From NCBI GenBank assembly GCA_016871675.1, contig VHCN01000013.1, positions 1,621 to 65,620 of the forward strand: a stretch of 64,000 bases of DNA, in the 5' to 3' direction. This document shows positions 9,385 to 18,847 of this stretch, one piece after another. The notes under the pieces were generated by a model. It saw only the letters and a program-made list of their open reading frames with translations. It did not search any database and had not been told where the DNA came from. This DNA is from Verrucomicrobiota bacterium. Lineage in GTDB: Bacteria; Verrucomicrobiota; Verrucomicrobiia; Limisphaerales; VHCN01. The number at the start of each line of letters is the position of its first letter. The first letter of the stretch is position 1. A program made the position numbers and the translations under genes.

Positions 9385-9409
9385 TGCGTTGTGGAAACCC
9401 GGAGGGAAC

Positions 9410-10564
<1,155 letters not shown>

Positions 10565-10939
10565 TCAACGAGAATTCCGCGACGGCGAAGTGTCGCGGGA
10601 TCCGCCGCCCTGCCGGTCGAAGAACAAGCGGCCGAGCGGCTCGCTCCATGCGACCGTGAGCACGACGAGGTAACCGACGCTGTGCCAGAGCAGGACCTTG
10701 GTGCGCTGGACTTTTTCGTAGGGCTTCTCGGGTTTCGGAGCCGCCCCGTCCATCGGGAGGTTCGCGATGTGCTCAAGTTTGGAAGCCGGGGTCGCCTCGG
10801 CGGGCCGGAGTTTCCGGCCCGCGGGCTTGCGTCCGCTCTTCAAGGAGAGGTTTTGAAGATCGGGCGCGTCAGAACCGCGCTTCGAAGCGCTCACTCGCGC
10901 TGGGATGATGACATCGGCGCTCCGGGATTGAAAGTCCAA
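10565..10939 (-). CDS. Hypothetical small membrane protein
   Basis: 124 aa. High third-position GC through most of the ORF. One TM helix (VLLWHSVGYLVVLTVAW). Its start lies 18 nt after the stop of 10958..11458. No family recognised. Confidence 0.45.
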   Translation of the reverse strand: MDFQSRSADVIIPARVSASKRGSDAPDLQNLSLKSGRKPAGRKLRPAEATPASKLEHIANLPMDGAAPKPEKPYEKVQRTKVLLWHSVGYLVVLTVAWSEPLGRLFFDRQGGGSRDTSPSRNSR

Positions 10940-10957
10940 TCCCCCGCTCCGGCGCGC

Positions 10958-11458
10958 TCAGGGTGATTTGCGCGCAGGGCGCTTTCGGTCGGGCGGCCGC
11001 GGGCCAGGTTTTTGATCCGGCGTGAGGCGCACGACTTCGCCGGGTGTCCATGCGCGCTCCTTGCGATTCACGCCGAGCCGGGTCGGGAGCAGTTCGATTT
11101 CGTGGCCGAAAAAATCCATCGTTACTGCACCGGGGAAATACATGAGGTCGTCGTAGATCACCGTGCCGAATGGCAGCGGCGGGCGCGGTTTGTCGAACCG
11201 CACCAAGCCGGGCGAGTTGGTCGCGGCGAGGGCTTCGCCGGTGAACACAATGCGCACGCTCGCGCCGCCGGGCGCGGGCGGCTTGATGGCGATGGCGGGG
11301 TCGCCGCCGGGTTCGCGCTCGAACGCAATCTCCCACGGGGCGCGGCGGTTCCGGAGGTTGGAGTCCAGCGACCAGAGGAGGACGTAACCCGCGAGCGCAA
11401 TCACGAAGACGATGCTGAAGTGTTTCAGCAGTTCGCGGGAGTCTGCGGGGGCGCTCAT
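10958..11458 (-). CDS. Hypothetical membrane-anchored protein
   Basis: 166 aa. N-terminal TM (FSIVFVIALAGYVLLWSL), then a soluble domain and a basic Pro-rich tail. Same strand as korAB and gap. No family recognised. Confidence 0.6.
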   Translation of the reverse strand: MSAPADSRELLKHFSIVFVIALAGYVLLWSLDSNLRNRRAPWEIAFEREPGGDPAIAIKPPAPGGASVRIVFTGEALAATNSPGLVRFDKPRPPLPFGTVIYDDLMYFPGAVTMDFFGHEIELLPTRLGVNRKERAWTPGEVVRLTPDQKPGPRPPDRKRPARKSP

Positions 11459-11600
11459 GACGTTGTGAAGTGGCGCGGGGCGGAATCTTGGACGACGAAG
11501 GGGCCGCGCTCCAAGCTGGGGGCAAGTCCGGACATCCGGCGGTCCGGGCTCACGCCTTCCTGCCGGTCTTCGCCGCGATGAGCCGGGCGCAGCGCGTCGG

Positions 11601-12560
11601 TCACTTCATCCGGTCGAAGTTCTTTTGCAGAATCTCCCAGTCCTTCATGCTTTTCGTCTTCTCCTGCGCCTTGGCGTTGATGCCGGCCTCGAGCGCGTTC
11701 TTCGTCGGGCGGTTCACCTTGTAGAAGATTCCGAAGTGGCCGGGAAACGCCTCGCCCGCGAGCTTGTAGGCGGCGTCCTCGCTGGTCACGTCGTGGTCGG
11801 CGGGGACGGGTGTAAACTGGCCGCCCTTGCGCGGGTTGCTGGCGTCGAAGGCGCCCTCGTAGAACTCGACGCACTCGCTGAGGCATTCGATGAAGCTGAA
11901 GCCATCGTGATCCATCGCGGCTTCCATCGTCTGGAGGACGTGGTTCGCGTTCGTGTGGGTGGTGCGGGCGACGAATGTGGCACCGGCGGAGATGGCCTGT
12001 TTCATCGGGTTGATGGGCTGGTCGATCGCGCCCCACACGTCGGTCTTGCTCTTGAATCCCAGTGGGCTGGTTGGCGAGGTCTGCTTCTTCGTCAGGCCGT
12101 AGACCCAGTTGTCCATGACCACGTAGGTCATCTTGATGTTCTTGCGCGCGGTGTGGTTGAAGTGGTTGCCGCCGATCGAAAAGGCGTCGCCGTCGCCGCC
12201 GAAGACGAACACGTGCAGATCGGGCCGCGAGAGCGACACGCCGCTGGCGAACGGGAGCGCGCGCCCGTGAATGAAATGCGCGCCGTGGCCCTGGACGAAA
12301 TACGGAAACCGGGACGAGCAGCCGATGCCCGCGACGGTCATGAGCTTTTCATGGTGCAGCTTGCGGCGCTCGATGAGCTTGAAGTAGAGCGCGAGCACCG
12401 AGAAGTCGCCGCAGCCGGGGCACCACGTCGGGTGATCGGCGGCGACGTCCTTTTTCATCAGCGGCTTGCGGTCCGCATCCAGAAACGGGGGCGGCACGGG
12501 CAGCGTCCCAGCAACGCCGGTGCGCGGGAGGGGTTCGAGCGAAAGGGCGGGCGTGTTCAT
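11601..12560 (-). CDS. korB: 2-oxoacid (2-oxoglutarate):ferredoxin oxidoreductase, beta (TPP-binding) subunit
   Basis: 319 aa. TWCPGCGDFSVL and VFVFGGDGDAFSIGGNH (TPP/Mg GDG motif), typical of KorB/OorB. Confidence 0.9.
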   Translation of the reverse strand: MNTPALSLEPLPRTGVAGTLPVPPPFLDADRKPLMKKDVAADHPTWCPGCGDFSVLALYFKLIERRKLHHEKLMTVAGIGCSSRFPYFVQGHGAHFIHGRALPFASGVSLSRPDLHVFVFGGDGDAFSIGGNHFNHTARKNIKMTYVVMDNWVYGLTKKQTSPTSPLGFKSKTDVWGAIDQPINPMKQAISAGATFVARTTHTNANHVLQTMEAAMDHDGFSFIECLSECVEFYEGAFDASNPRKGGQFTPVPADHDVTSEDAAYKLAGEAFPGHFGIFYKVNRPTKNALEAGINAKAQEKTKSMKDWEILQKNFDRMK

Positions 12561-12620
12561 GGTGGGTCAAGAGGCAGGGGTCGGTCCGGGTGAAAGGGGG
12601 ACGAGTGTCTCATCGAAAGG

Positions 12621-14444
12621 TCACAGTTTCCGCATCCCGGCCGCCACGCTGTCGGTCGCGCGCTGCAGGATCTCGCGCACCTTCCAAGTGAGGCCGTCGG
12701 TCTTGTTGATGCCTTGGATCTTCGGGTCGCAATAGCGGGCGCGCAGCAGGCCGGCCAGTTGCCCGTAGCCGTAGATGCCCTCGTCGTTCAACTCGACGAC
12801 GAAGACGTGGTTGAACCCGGCGAAAATCGTGTCGAGCCCGTTCGGCAGCGGATTGAGATACTTGATGTGCAGCGCGCTGACGCTGTCCCCGACGGCGCGC
12901 GCGCGGTTCACGGCCTCGCGCAGCGGCCCCTGGGTGCTGCCCCAGCCGACGAGCAAGACGTTCCCCTCGGGCGGGCCGTAAGTCTGCGGCACGGGCAGTT
13001 CGGCGGCGAGCTTTCGCAATTTGTTCCGGCGCTTGGCGGTCATTTGCATGTGCAACCTGGGCGAGCCGGTGGGGTGGCCGAGTTCGTCGTGCTCGAGTCC
13101 GGTGGTGATCGGATACTTCCCGCTCGCGATGCGTGTGCCCGGCGCGACGTGGCGCGTGATGCCGTCCGGCGCGTTCAAGTCGTAGGGCTTGTGGTCGGCG
13201 ACGGGCGTGAAGTCCGGGGAGATGTCCTGGCAAACCTTCGCGAGGTCGGGTTCCTCGAACGCCTCGATGCGCGTGGCGATGCCCTGGTCGGTGAGAAAAA
13301 TCACCGGCACGGAATACTTGCGCGCGATGTTCACGGCCTCGATCGCCATGTAAAAGCAGTCCTCGACGTTGGCCGGCGCAATCACGACGCGCGGGCTGTC
13401 GCCGTGGCCCCCGAAGCACGCGATGTTCAAGTCGCTCTGCTCGACGCTCGTGGGCATGCCCGTCGAGGGTCCGCCGCGCTGCACGTCGATGATGACGATC
13501 GGGACTTCCGCCATGACCGCCCAACCGAGCGCCTCCGTCTTGAGCGAGATGCCAGGGCCGCTTGAACCCGTCACGGCGACACGCCCGCCGTAACTCGCGC
13601 CGATGGCCATGGAGATCGCGGCGATTTCATCCTCGGTTTGCACGAATGTGCCGCCGTATTTGGGCAATTCGCGCCGGAGCAACTCCATGATGTCCGACCA
13701 TGGCGTGATCGGGTAGCCCGCGCCGAAGCGCACGCCCGCCGCGATGAGGCCGTAACCGATGGCCTCATTGCCGTTGGTCACGATCTGGCGGCGGCCCTTT
13801 TTTTCGCTGTCAATGAAGCGGAAAAGGTCGACGACATTGCCGAGCGAGTGCGCATAGCCCGCGTGAAACGCCGTCAGCGCGTTGGTCACGATGCTTTGGT
13901 CCTTGCCCGTGAAGCGCTCGGTCACGAGCCGCTCCAGCTTCGGCACGTTCAGGTCGAACATCTTGGCGATGAGGCCGAGGGCGAAGATGTTCTTGCCCTT
14001 GTCCTTTGCCGTGCCGCCGATCGCCTCGACGGTGAGGCCGGAAATCGGCACGCCGACGTGGTGGTAATCCTGCTGACACTCGGGCTTCACCTCCACGTGA
14101 TCGGAGTCATACAGCACGATGCCGCCTTTGCGGAGCGACTTGATGTGGTCTTCGTAAGAGTGCTGGTAGAAACACAGCAGAACATCCGCGTCGTCGCCCG
14201 AACTGAGCACCTCGCCGTTGCCGATGCGCACTTGAAAAATGGAGGGCCCGCCGGAAATCGTCGAGGGGATCGTCATGAACGTCATGACGTCCTGCTCGCT
14301 GCGGCCGGCGAGGCGCGCGAGGAAACCGCCGATCGCCTGGATGCCGTCCTGTGAATTGCCCGCGATGCGGATGACCGCCTCGGAGATGCTGGAAATTTTG
14401 GGCGCGCCGCCCTGCGCAGGCGCCGTCGTGGTGGAATCGCTCAT
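12621..14444 (-). CDS. korA: 2-oxoacid (2-oxoglutarate):ferredoxin oxidoreductase, alpha subunit (fused gamma-alpha type)
   Basis: 607 aa. N-terminal gamma-like domain (IRIAGNSQDGIQAIG, TIPSTISGGPS), then the alpha domain (GYPITPWSDIME, TGSSGPGISLKTE). Immediately upstream of korB. Confidence 0.9.
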   Translation of the reverse strand: MSDSTTTAPAQGGAPKISSISEAVIRIAGNSQDGIQAIGGFLARLAGRSEQDVMTFMTIPSTISGGPSIFQVRIGNGEVLSSGDDADVLLCFYQHSYEDHIKSLRKGGIVLYDSDHVEVKPECQQDYHHVGVPISGLTVEAIGGTAKDKGKNIFALGLIAKMFDLNVPKLERLVTERFTGKDQSIVTNALTAFHAGYAHSLGNVVDLFRFIDSEKKGRRQIVTNGNEAIGYGLIAAGVRFGAGYPITPWSDIMELLRRELPKYGGTFVQTEDEIAAISMAIGASYGGRVAVTGSSGPGISLKTEALGWAVMAEVPIVIIDVQRGGPSTGMPTSVEQSDLNIACFGGHGDSPRVVIAPANVEDCFYMAIEAVNIARKYSVPVIFLTDQGIATRIEAFEEPDLAKVCQDISPDFTPVADHKPYDLNAPDGITRHVAPGTRIASGKYPITTGLEHDELGHPTGSPRLHMQMTAKRRNKLRKLAAELPVPQTYGPPEGNVLLVGWGSTQGPLREAVNRARAVGDSVSALHIKYLNPLPNGLDTIFAGFNHVFVVELNDEGIYGYGQLAGLLRARYCDPKIQGINKTDGLTWKVREILQRATDSVAAGMRKL

Positions 14445-14651
14445 GGGTCGAAAGCTGGATTCAGACTGGCAAGAGACGGCACTGCCCGGGTGATATTCAC
14501 AGGGCGGAGCGCCTCGAAATGCGGAGGCACACTAACATCGGACCCCGGTCTGTCAATCGATTAGCCGCATCGCGAAGTGCCTGTGGGCGCGGGGGTTCAG
14601 CGAGGGCGTGGTCGGGGCGGGTGCGCGCCTGTTTCGTGTCAATAAGTTCCG

Positions 14652-14667
14652 TTCAAACTAGTTCGAA
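14652..14667. promoter_or_regulatory. Imperfect 16-nt AT-rich palindrome TTCAAACTAGTTCGAA (14 of 16 positions self-complementary)
   Basis: Read directly from the sequence. It lies in the unusually AT-rich 229-nt gap between the HAD gene stop (14674) and the korA start (14444). Could be an operator, or part of a terminator for the HAD gene. Confidence 0.2.
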
Positions 14668-14673
14668 GTCAGT

Positions 14674-15462
14674 TTAGCTGGTTTGTTGAGCCTTCAAGGC
14701 CGCGCAACACCAGTCGATCCCCTCGAGTGTGCCCGTGCCGCCGTCCCGTGTGCTGATGAAGCCGCCGTGAGCGCGCACCGCGTCGCGCACGGGCATGATC
14801 GCATTCGCGGGCGCCACGAGCCAGTGCGCCACGTCGCCGCGCAACATCGGCAGGTCGTTGAAGTGGTCGCCGGCGGCGAGCACGTTCCCGCTCCGCAAGC
14901 CGAGTTGCCGTGTGATCTCCGCCAGCGCAGTCCCCTTGGTGAATGCCGCGTGGCAGAACCGCGCATACACATCGTTTCGGACCACTTTGAGATCGTCGCG
15001 ACCGCGCGCGTAGTCGAGCAGGAACGCCTCGATGGTGTCTGCGTCCTTGTTGTTTTGCGCGATAAGGCAGAACGGCGACCACGGATCCGAAAACACGGCT
15101 GCCTTGAACCGGCCGTTCACCCACTCGAACAAACCCGGCAGGTCGCCCGCGAGACTCCGGAACAGTGCGGCGTGCTGGCGGTCGCACTCGGTGCTCCACG
15201 GTTCGAGCGGCACGAAGCGCGCCCCGTCGCGGAAGTGAATCGTCCGCTCCACCGTCACCACCCAGTCGGGTGTGACCGTCATGCGCGCTCGCGCCATGCC
15301 CTCGAGCAGTCCCGCGAGATCGCGCCCCGTGTTGATGCACCACTGCACGCCGGACCGCTGCAAGTCCGCGATGCGCGCTTCGAACGCCGCGGGCACGGGC
15401 GGATCCGTGTGGTCCAGGTGGATGGTTCCGTCAAAGTCGGTGGAGATCAGTCGAAGGCTCAT
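14674..15462 (-). CDS. HAD-IIB (Cof-type) phosphatase
   Basis: 262 aa. Motif I ISTDFDGTI, motif II INTGR, motif IV AAGDHFNDLPML. Confidence 0.85.
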   Translation of the reverse strand: MSLRLISTDFDGTIHLDHTDPPVPAAFEARIADLQRSGVQWCINTGRDLAGLLEGMARARMTVTPDWVVTVERTIHFRDGARFVPLEPWSTECDRQHAALFRSLAGDLPGLFEWVNGRFKAAVFSDPWSPFCLIAQNNKDADTIEAFLLDYARGRDDLKVVRNDVYARFCHAAFTKGTALAEITRQLGLRSGNVLAAGDHFNDLPMLRGDVAHWLVAPANAIMPVRDAVRAHGGFISTRDGGTGTLEGIDWCCAALKAQQTS

Positions 15463-15492
15463 TCGTGGTTGGTTCTGAGATTCGAAGTCCAG

Positions 15493-15798
15493 TCATGCCA
15501 GTCGTTTCACGACCGACCCGGCGGACATTCCGGTGACGGCGACTGACTTGTGGCGGGCGGTCTGTCCGCGCACCAACCGCACCGCGCCGCGTGGACAACC
15601 GAGGTGGCTCGCAAGAAACCGCAGCAGCGCCTCGTTCGCAGCGCCATCGACAGGCGGCGCGGTGACTTTCACTTTCAGCTCGCCGCCGGCTTCACCCGCG
15701 ACTTCGTCGCGTGAGCCGCGGGGGTGCAGCTTGATCGCAAGCAGCACGGTGTCCCCGGAGGCCTTCAGCCACGCCGGAAGTTTCGGTGCGTCGCTCAC
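15493..15798 (-). CDS. DUF167 (YggU) family protein
   Basis: 101 aa. LAIKLHPRGSRDEVAG...LKVKVTAPPVDGAANEALLRFLA...VRLVRGQTARHK matches the DUF167 pattern. The start overlaps the upstream gene's stop by 4 nt. Confidence 0.8.
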   Translation of the reverse strand: MSDAPKLPAWLKASGDTVLLAIKLHPRGSRDEVAGEAGGELKVKVTAPPVDGAANEALLRFLASHLGCPRGAVRLVRGQTARHKSVAVTGMSAGSVVKRLA

Positions 15799-17123
15799 GT
15801 CGCAAACTCCACCTGCACCGGGGTTCGCTCGAAGTCATTCGCCGCCATTAATGGCTGCGGTGTGAAAGCCCCGAGGCCTGCAAGGAAACGGTCCGGCACG
15901 GTTTCGAGCCGCGTGTTGTAGTGCGTGGCGATGTCGTTGAAGTAGCCGCGCGCGAGCGCGATGCGTTGTTCGGTGTCCACGAGCTCGCGCTGGAGCTTCG
16001 CGAAACTCTCCTGCGACACCAGGGCCGGATAACGCTCCTGCACGGCGACGAGCACAGGCGTGCAGGCGCGGTAATCCGGCCCCGGCACGCCCGGCGGCGT
16101 GGCTTGGAGCTGGCTTCGCATCGCGGCGAGTTCGGTCTGCAACGACTTCTCGTGCCCCGCGAGCCCGGTCACCACGCCCACGAGATTCGGGATGAGATCG
16201 TGCCGGCGCTTGAGTTGCACGTCCACGAGCGACCACGCCTGCCGCACGCGCTGGCGCAGGTCCACAAGGCTGTTGAACGCCATCCACACCCACGCGAGCG
16301 CGACGACAAACCCGTAACACGCCGCGGGGATCAGGTAGAACGGCCAGCGCCCCGCGACGTCGCGTCCGGTTGCCGAGTCGCGTGCGATCACACCTGCCAG
16401 GGCCAGCATCAGGCCGAACACCACCCAGCCCCAGTACGCCCAGCCAAACCCGGAGCTGATTTGTTTCTCGTTGCGCGTCGAGATCAGGAACATGGGCGCG
16501 GATTTGTCGTGCGCAATTTCCGGCGCGACGAGGTCATTGCGCTCGCGCGCCTGCCCCATGACGTAGAGCGGCGCGTGCAGCTCGATGGCCGATTCCGTGA
16601 AGCGCCGCCGGTGATCGGAGTCCGACACGGCGACGGCGGGGCCTTTCCCGTAGTAGAGCGGGTCGCTCCGGCCGCAGGTCTCGTTGAAGACGGGGGCTGG
16701 CTCGACCTCCGCGCCTTCCGGTCGCACGAGCACGTGGCTGCAGTCGTCCTTCACATAGAAGGCGTCGAGCGCTTCGCCGCCGCTGTCCACGGTCTTCCAC
16801 CCGCTCTCGTGGCGCGTGCGCGTCTGGGGCTTGCCCTGGTTGTCGGTATACGTCTCCGTGACGGTGCGCGACCAGTGCTCCTCAATCTCCCACGAGTATC
16901 GCACGCACCGGGCGCCGGCGAGGTGACTCACGAGCGGGTTCGCGCTTTCCGCGGTGCCCTTGACCTCGACGAACCCGATGAACACGCCGCTGGTCTTGGA
17001 TGTGGGCAGGTTGTCCACGAAGCGGCGGCGGCGTCCCGCGCGCATCGCGCCCCACAGGCAGAGCAGCGAGAACACGCCGCCGAACACCGGGAAAAAATCC
17101 TGAATGGGAACCTGGGCAACCAC
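15795..17123 (-). CDS. Fusion protein: N-terminal TM + GIDE-like domain + 2 TM + C-terminal LemA domain
   Basis: 442 aa. DNLPTSKTSGVFIGFVEVKGTAES..PLVSHLAGARCVRYSWEIEE resembles the GIDE (PF12483) opening motif. The C-terminal about 170 aa (LVDLRQRVRQAWSLVDVQLKRRHDLIPNLV...RGYFNDIATHYNTRLETVPDRFLA) is a clear LemA domain. Confidence 0.8.
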   Translation of the reverse strand: MVAQVPIQDFFPVFGGVFSLLCLWGAMRAGRRRRFVDNLPTSKTSGVFIGFVEVKGTAESANPLVSHLAGARCVRYSWEIEEHWSRTVTETYTDNQGKPQTRTRHESGWKTVDSGGEALDAFYVKDDCSHVLVRPEGAEVEPAPVFNETCGRSDPLYYGKGPAVAVSDSDHRRRFTESAIELHAPLYVMGQARERNDLVAPEIAHDKSAPMFLISTRNEKQISSGFGWAYWGWVVFGLMLALAGVIARDSATGRDVAGRWPFYLIPAACYGFVVALAWVWMAFNSLVDLRQRVRQAWSLVDVQLKRRHDLIPNLVGVVTGLAGHEKSLQTELAAMRSQLQATPPGVPGPDYRACTPVLVAVQERYPALVSQESFAKLQRELVDTEQRIALARGYFNDIATHYNTRLETVPDRFLAGLGAFTPQPLMAANDFERTPVQVEFAT

Positions 17124-17199
17124 GCGCTGAGCGTAACGGGAGAGTCGCGACGCGTCGAGGCGGCGGATGCGCCGGCCGGCAGCGGGTCTCGTCGCGGCC

Positions 17200-18780
17200 C
17201 TACTTCACGGTTGCCGCGAGGTTCAGGCAGCGCACGCCGTTCTTCATCCGGAGCAGCAGCTTGCCGTCGGCGATGCACGGGGACGGAACCCAAAGCGCCT
17301 TCACCGCGGCTTTGCCGAGTTCCACGCGCTCGTCGGGCGTGGCTTTCACCATCAGCAGGTTGTTGCCGTTGTTGGCGAGCACGAAGATCTTTCCATCGGC
17401 GAGCACGGGCGAGGTGATGTTGGAGGGGACCTTCTGCCGCCACGCGATGGTGCCGGTGTCGAGCTTCACGCACATGTGGTCGCCGTCGTCGAAGAGATAC
17501 ACGTGGCCCTGGTGAACGAGAGGCGAGGACTGCGTGCGGAGCGGGTCGAGCGGGATGTTCCACAGCTTCTCGGCGCCGGTCGCGGAAATCTTGAAGCCGG
17601 CCAGGCCGACTTTCGTGTTCCTCGAATAGACCGCCAGCAGGTCGCCGGCGAGCGCGGGCGTGGAGTCGCCGCCGCCGGGCGCGGTCCATAACACGTCGCC
17701 GGACTTGAGGTCCACGCCGGCGACGTCGTTGCGCGAGTTGCAGAGGATCACGGTGCGGCCGTCCTTGCTCCACGCGGCGGGGGATGAGTTGTTGCCGGCG
17801 ACTTTGGGCTGTTCCCACAGCTTCTTGCCCGTCGCAGCGTCGAAGGCCGCAAGTCGTCCCGCGAGGATGACGACGGTGCCGTCTGCGACGAGCGGCGAGG
17901 AACCGGGCGCCTTCGCGGGGAGCGATTGTGACCACAGCAGTGTGCCGTTGGCGGCATCGACGCCGTAGAGATGCGTGCTGCCCATCGCAAAGACGCGTCC
18001 GCCCGCGACGCAAGGCGTGCTCGAACACCCGCGGCCGCGCGGTTCGCCCGGCGAGGCCGTTTTCCAAAGCGTCTTGCCCGTCTCCAAGTCGAGGCAGATG
18101 ACGGTGTCCTCGGCAATCCGCTTGGTGGGCGGCACGGCGGCGAGGACGGCTTCCTTGACGTAATCCGCGAAGCCCTGCTCGTCGACCCACTTCTTGAACT
18201 CCGCCTCGGTGGCGAACGGCTTGTCCTGGCGCGGGACAATCTTTGCGTAGTCGCCGAGCGGGATGGCGAGCTTGCCCTTCTTAAAACGGCCGCTGATGAA
18301 GCCGCTGTAAAGCTGGCGCTGCTTCACATCGAGGTTGGCGTCAATCCATTCCTTGATGAACTCGTCGAGCTTCGCGCCTCGAAGCGTGGCGGGGATGGAC
18401 TCGCGGGTGGCTTCCATCTTGGCGGTGAGTTCCGCGCCGAGGCCGGCCGTGCTCTGGTGGCCGAGCTGGCGCACGGTGAGATCGTGGATGGTTCGCGTCT
18501 CGCTCGCCACTTCGCGGTGCCAGACCACGGAGACGTAAGCGCGCTTGCCCGCGGTGACGACGCTGCTGTGGCCGCCGTCGTCATCGCTCGGAATGGCCTC
18601 GCTGTCCCAAAGCACGGGCGGGCCGTCGGCCGACCACACGTTCATGAGCGGCGGGCTGAAGGAAAGCACGCCGTTGCGATCGGGACCGCGCCATTGCGGC
18701 CAATCGCGCGACGGCGCGGCGCCGGAAACGAGCGGCGCAACAAACAGGGTGACCACGCTGAGCCGGAACACAGGATTCAT
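17200..18780 (-). CDS. Secreted PQQ-like beta-propeller repeat protein with helical insertion
   Basis: ORF 17200..18894. I place the start at ATG 18780 (MNPVFRLSVVTLFVAPLVSGAAP signal peptide), followed by WPQWRGPDRNGV. Repeated G.L.A.D..TGK.LW propeller blades. About 130 aa of charged, helical-looking sequence (TRTIHDLTVRQLG...FKKWVDEQGFADYVKEAV) sits between the first strand and the rest of the propeller. Confidence 0.8.
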   Translation of the reverse strand: MNPVFRLSVVTLFVAPLVSGAAPSRDWPQWRGPDRNGVLSFSPPLMNVWSADGPPVLWDSEAIPSDDDGGHSSVVTAGKRAYVSVVWHREVASETRTIHDLTVRQLGHQSTAGLGAELTAKMEATRESIPATLRGAKLDEFIKEWIDANLDVKQRQLYSGFISGRFKKGKLAIPLGDYAKIVPRQDKPFATEAEFKKWVDEQGFADYVKEAVLAAVPPTKRIAEDTVICLDLETGKTLWKTASPGEPRGRGCSSTPCVAGGRVFAMGSTHLYGVDAANGTLLWSQSLPAKAPGSSPLVADGTVVILAGRLAAFDAATGKKLWEQPKVAGNNSSPAAWSKDGRTVILCNSRNDVAGVDLKSGDVLWTAPGGGDSTPALAGDLLAVYSRNTKVGLAGFKISATGAEKLWNIPLDPLRTQSSPLVHQGHVYLFDDGDHMCVKLDTGTIAWRQKVPSNITSPVLADGKIFVLANNGNNLLMVKATPDERVELGKAAVKALWVPSPCIADGKLLLRMKNGVRCLNLAATVK

Positions 18781-18847
18781 GATGCGGGGGATTGTCCAAG
18801 ACGCCGGCCGGAGAGAAAACACAAAATGCGGGCGTCCCGAGTGAGTT

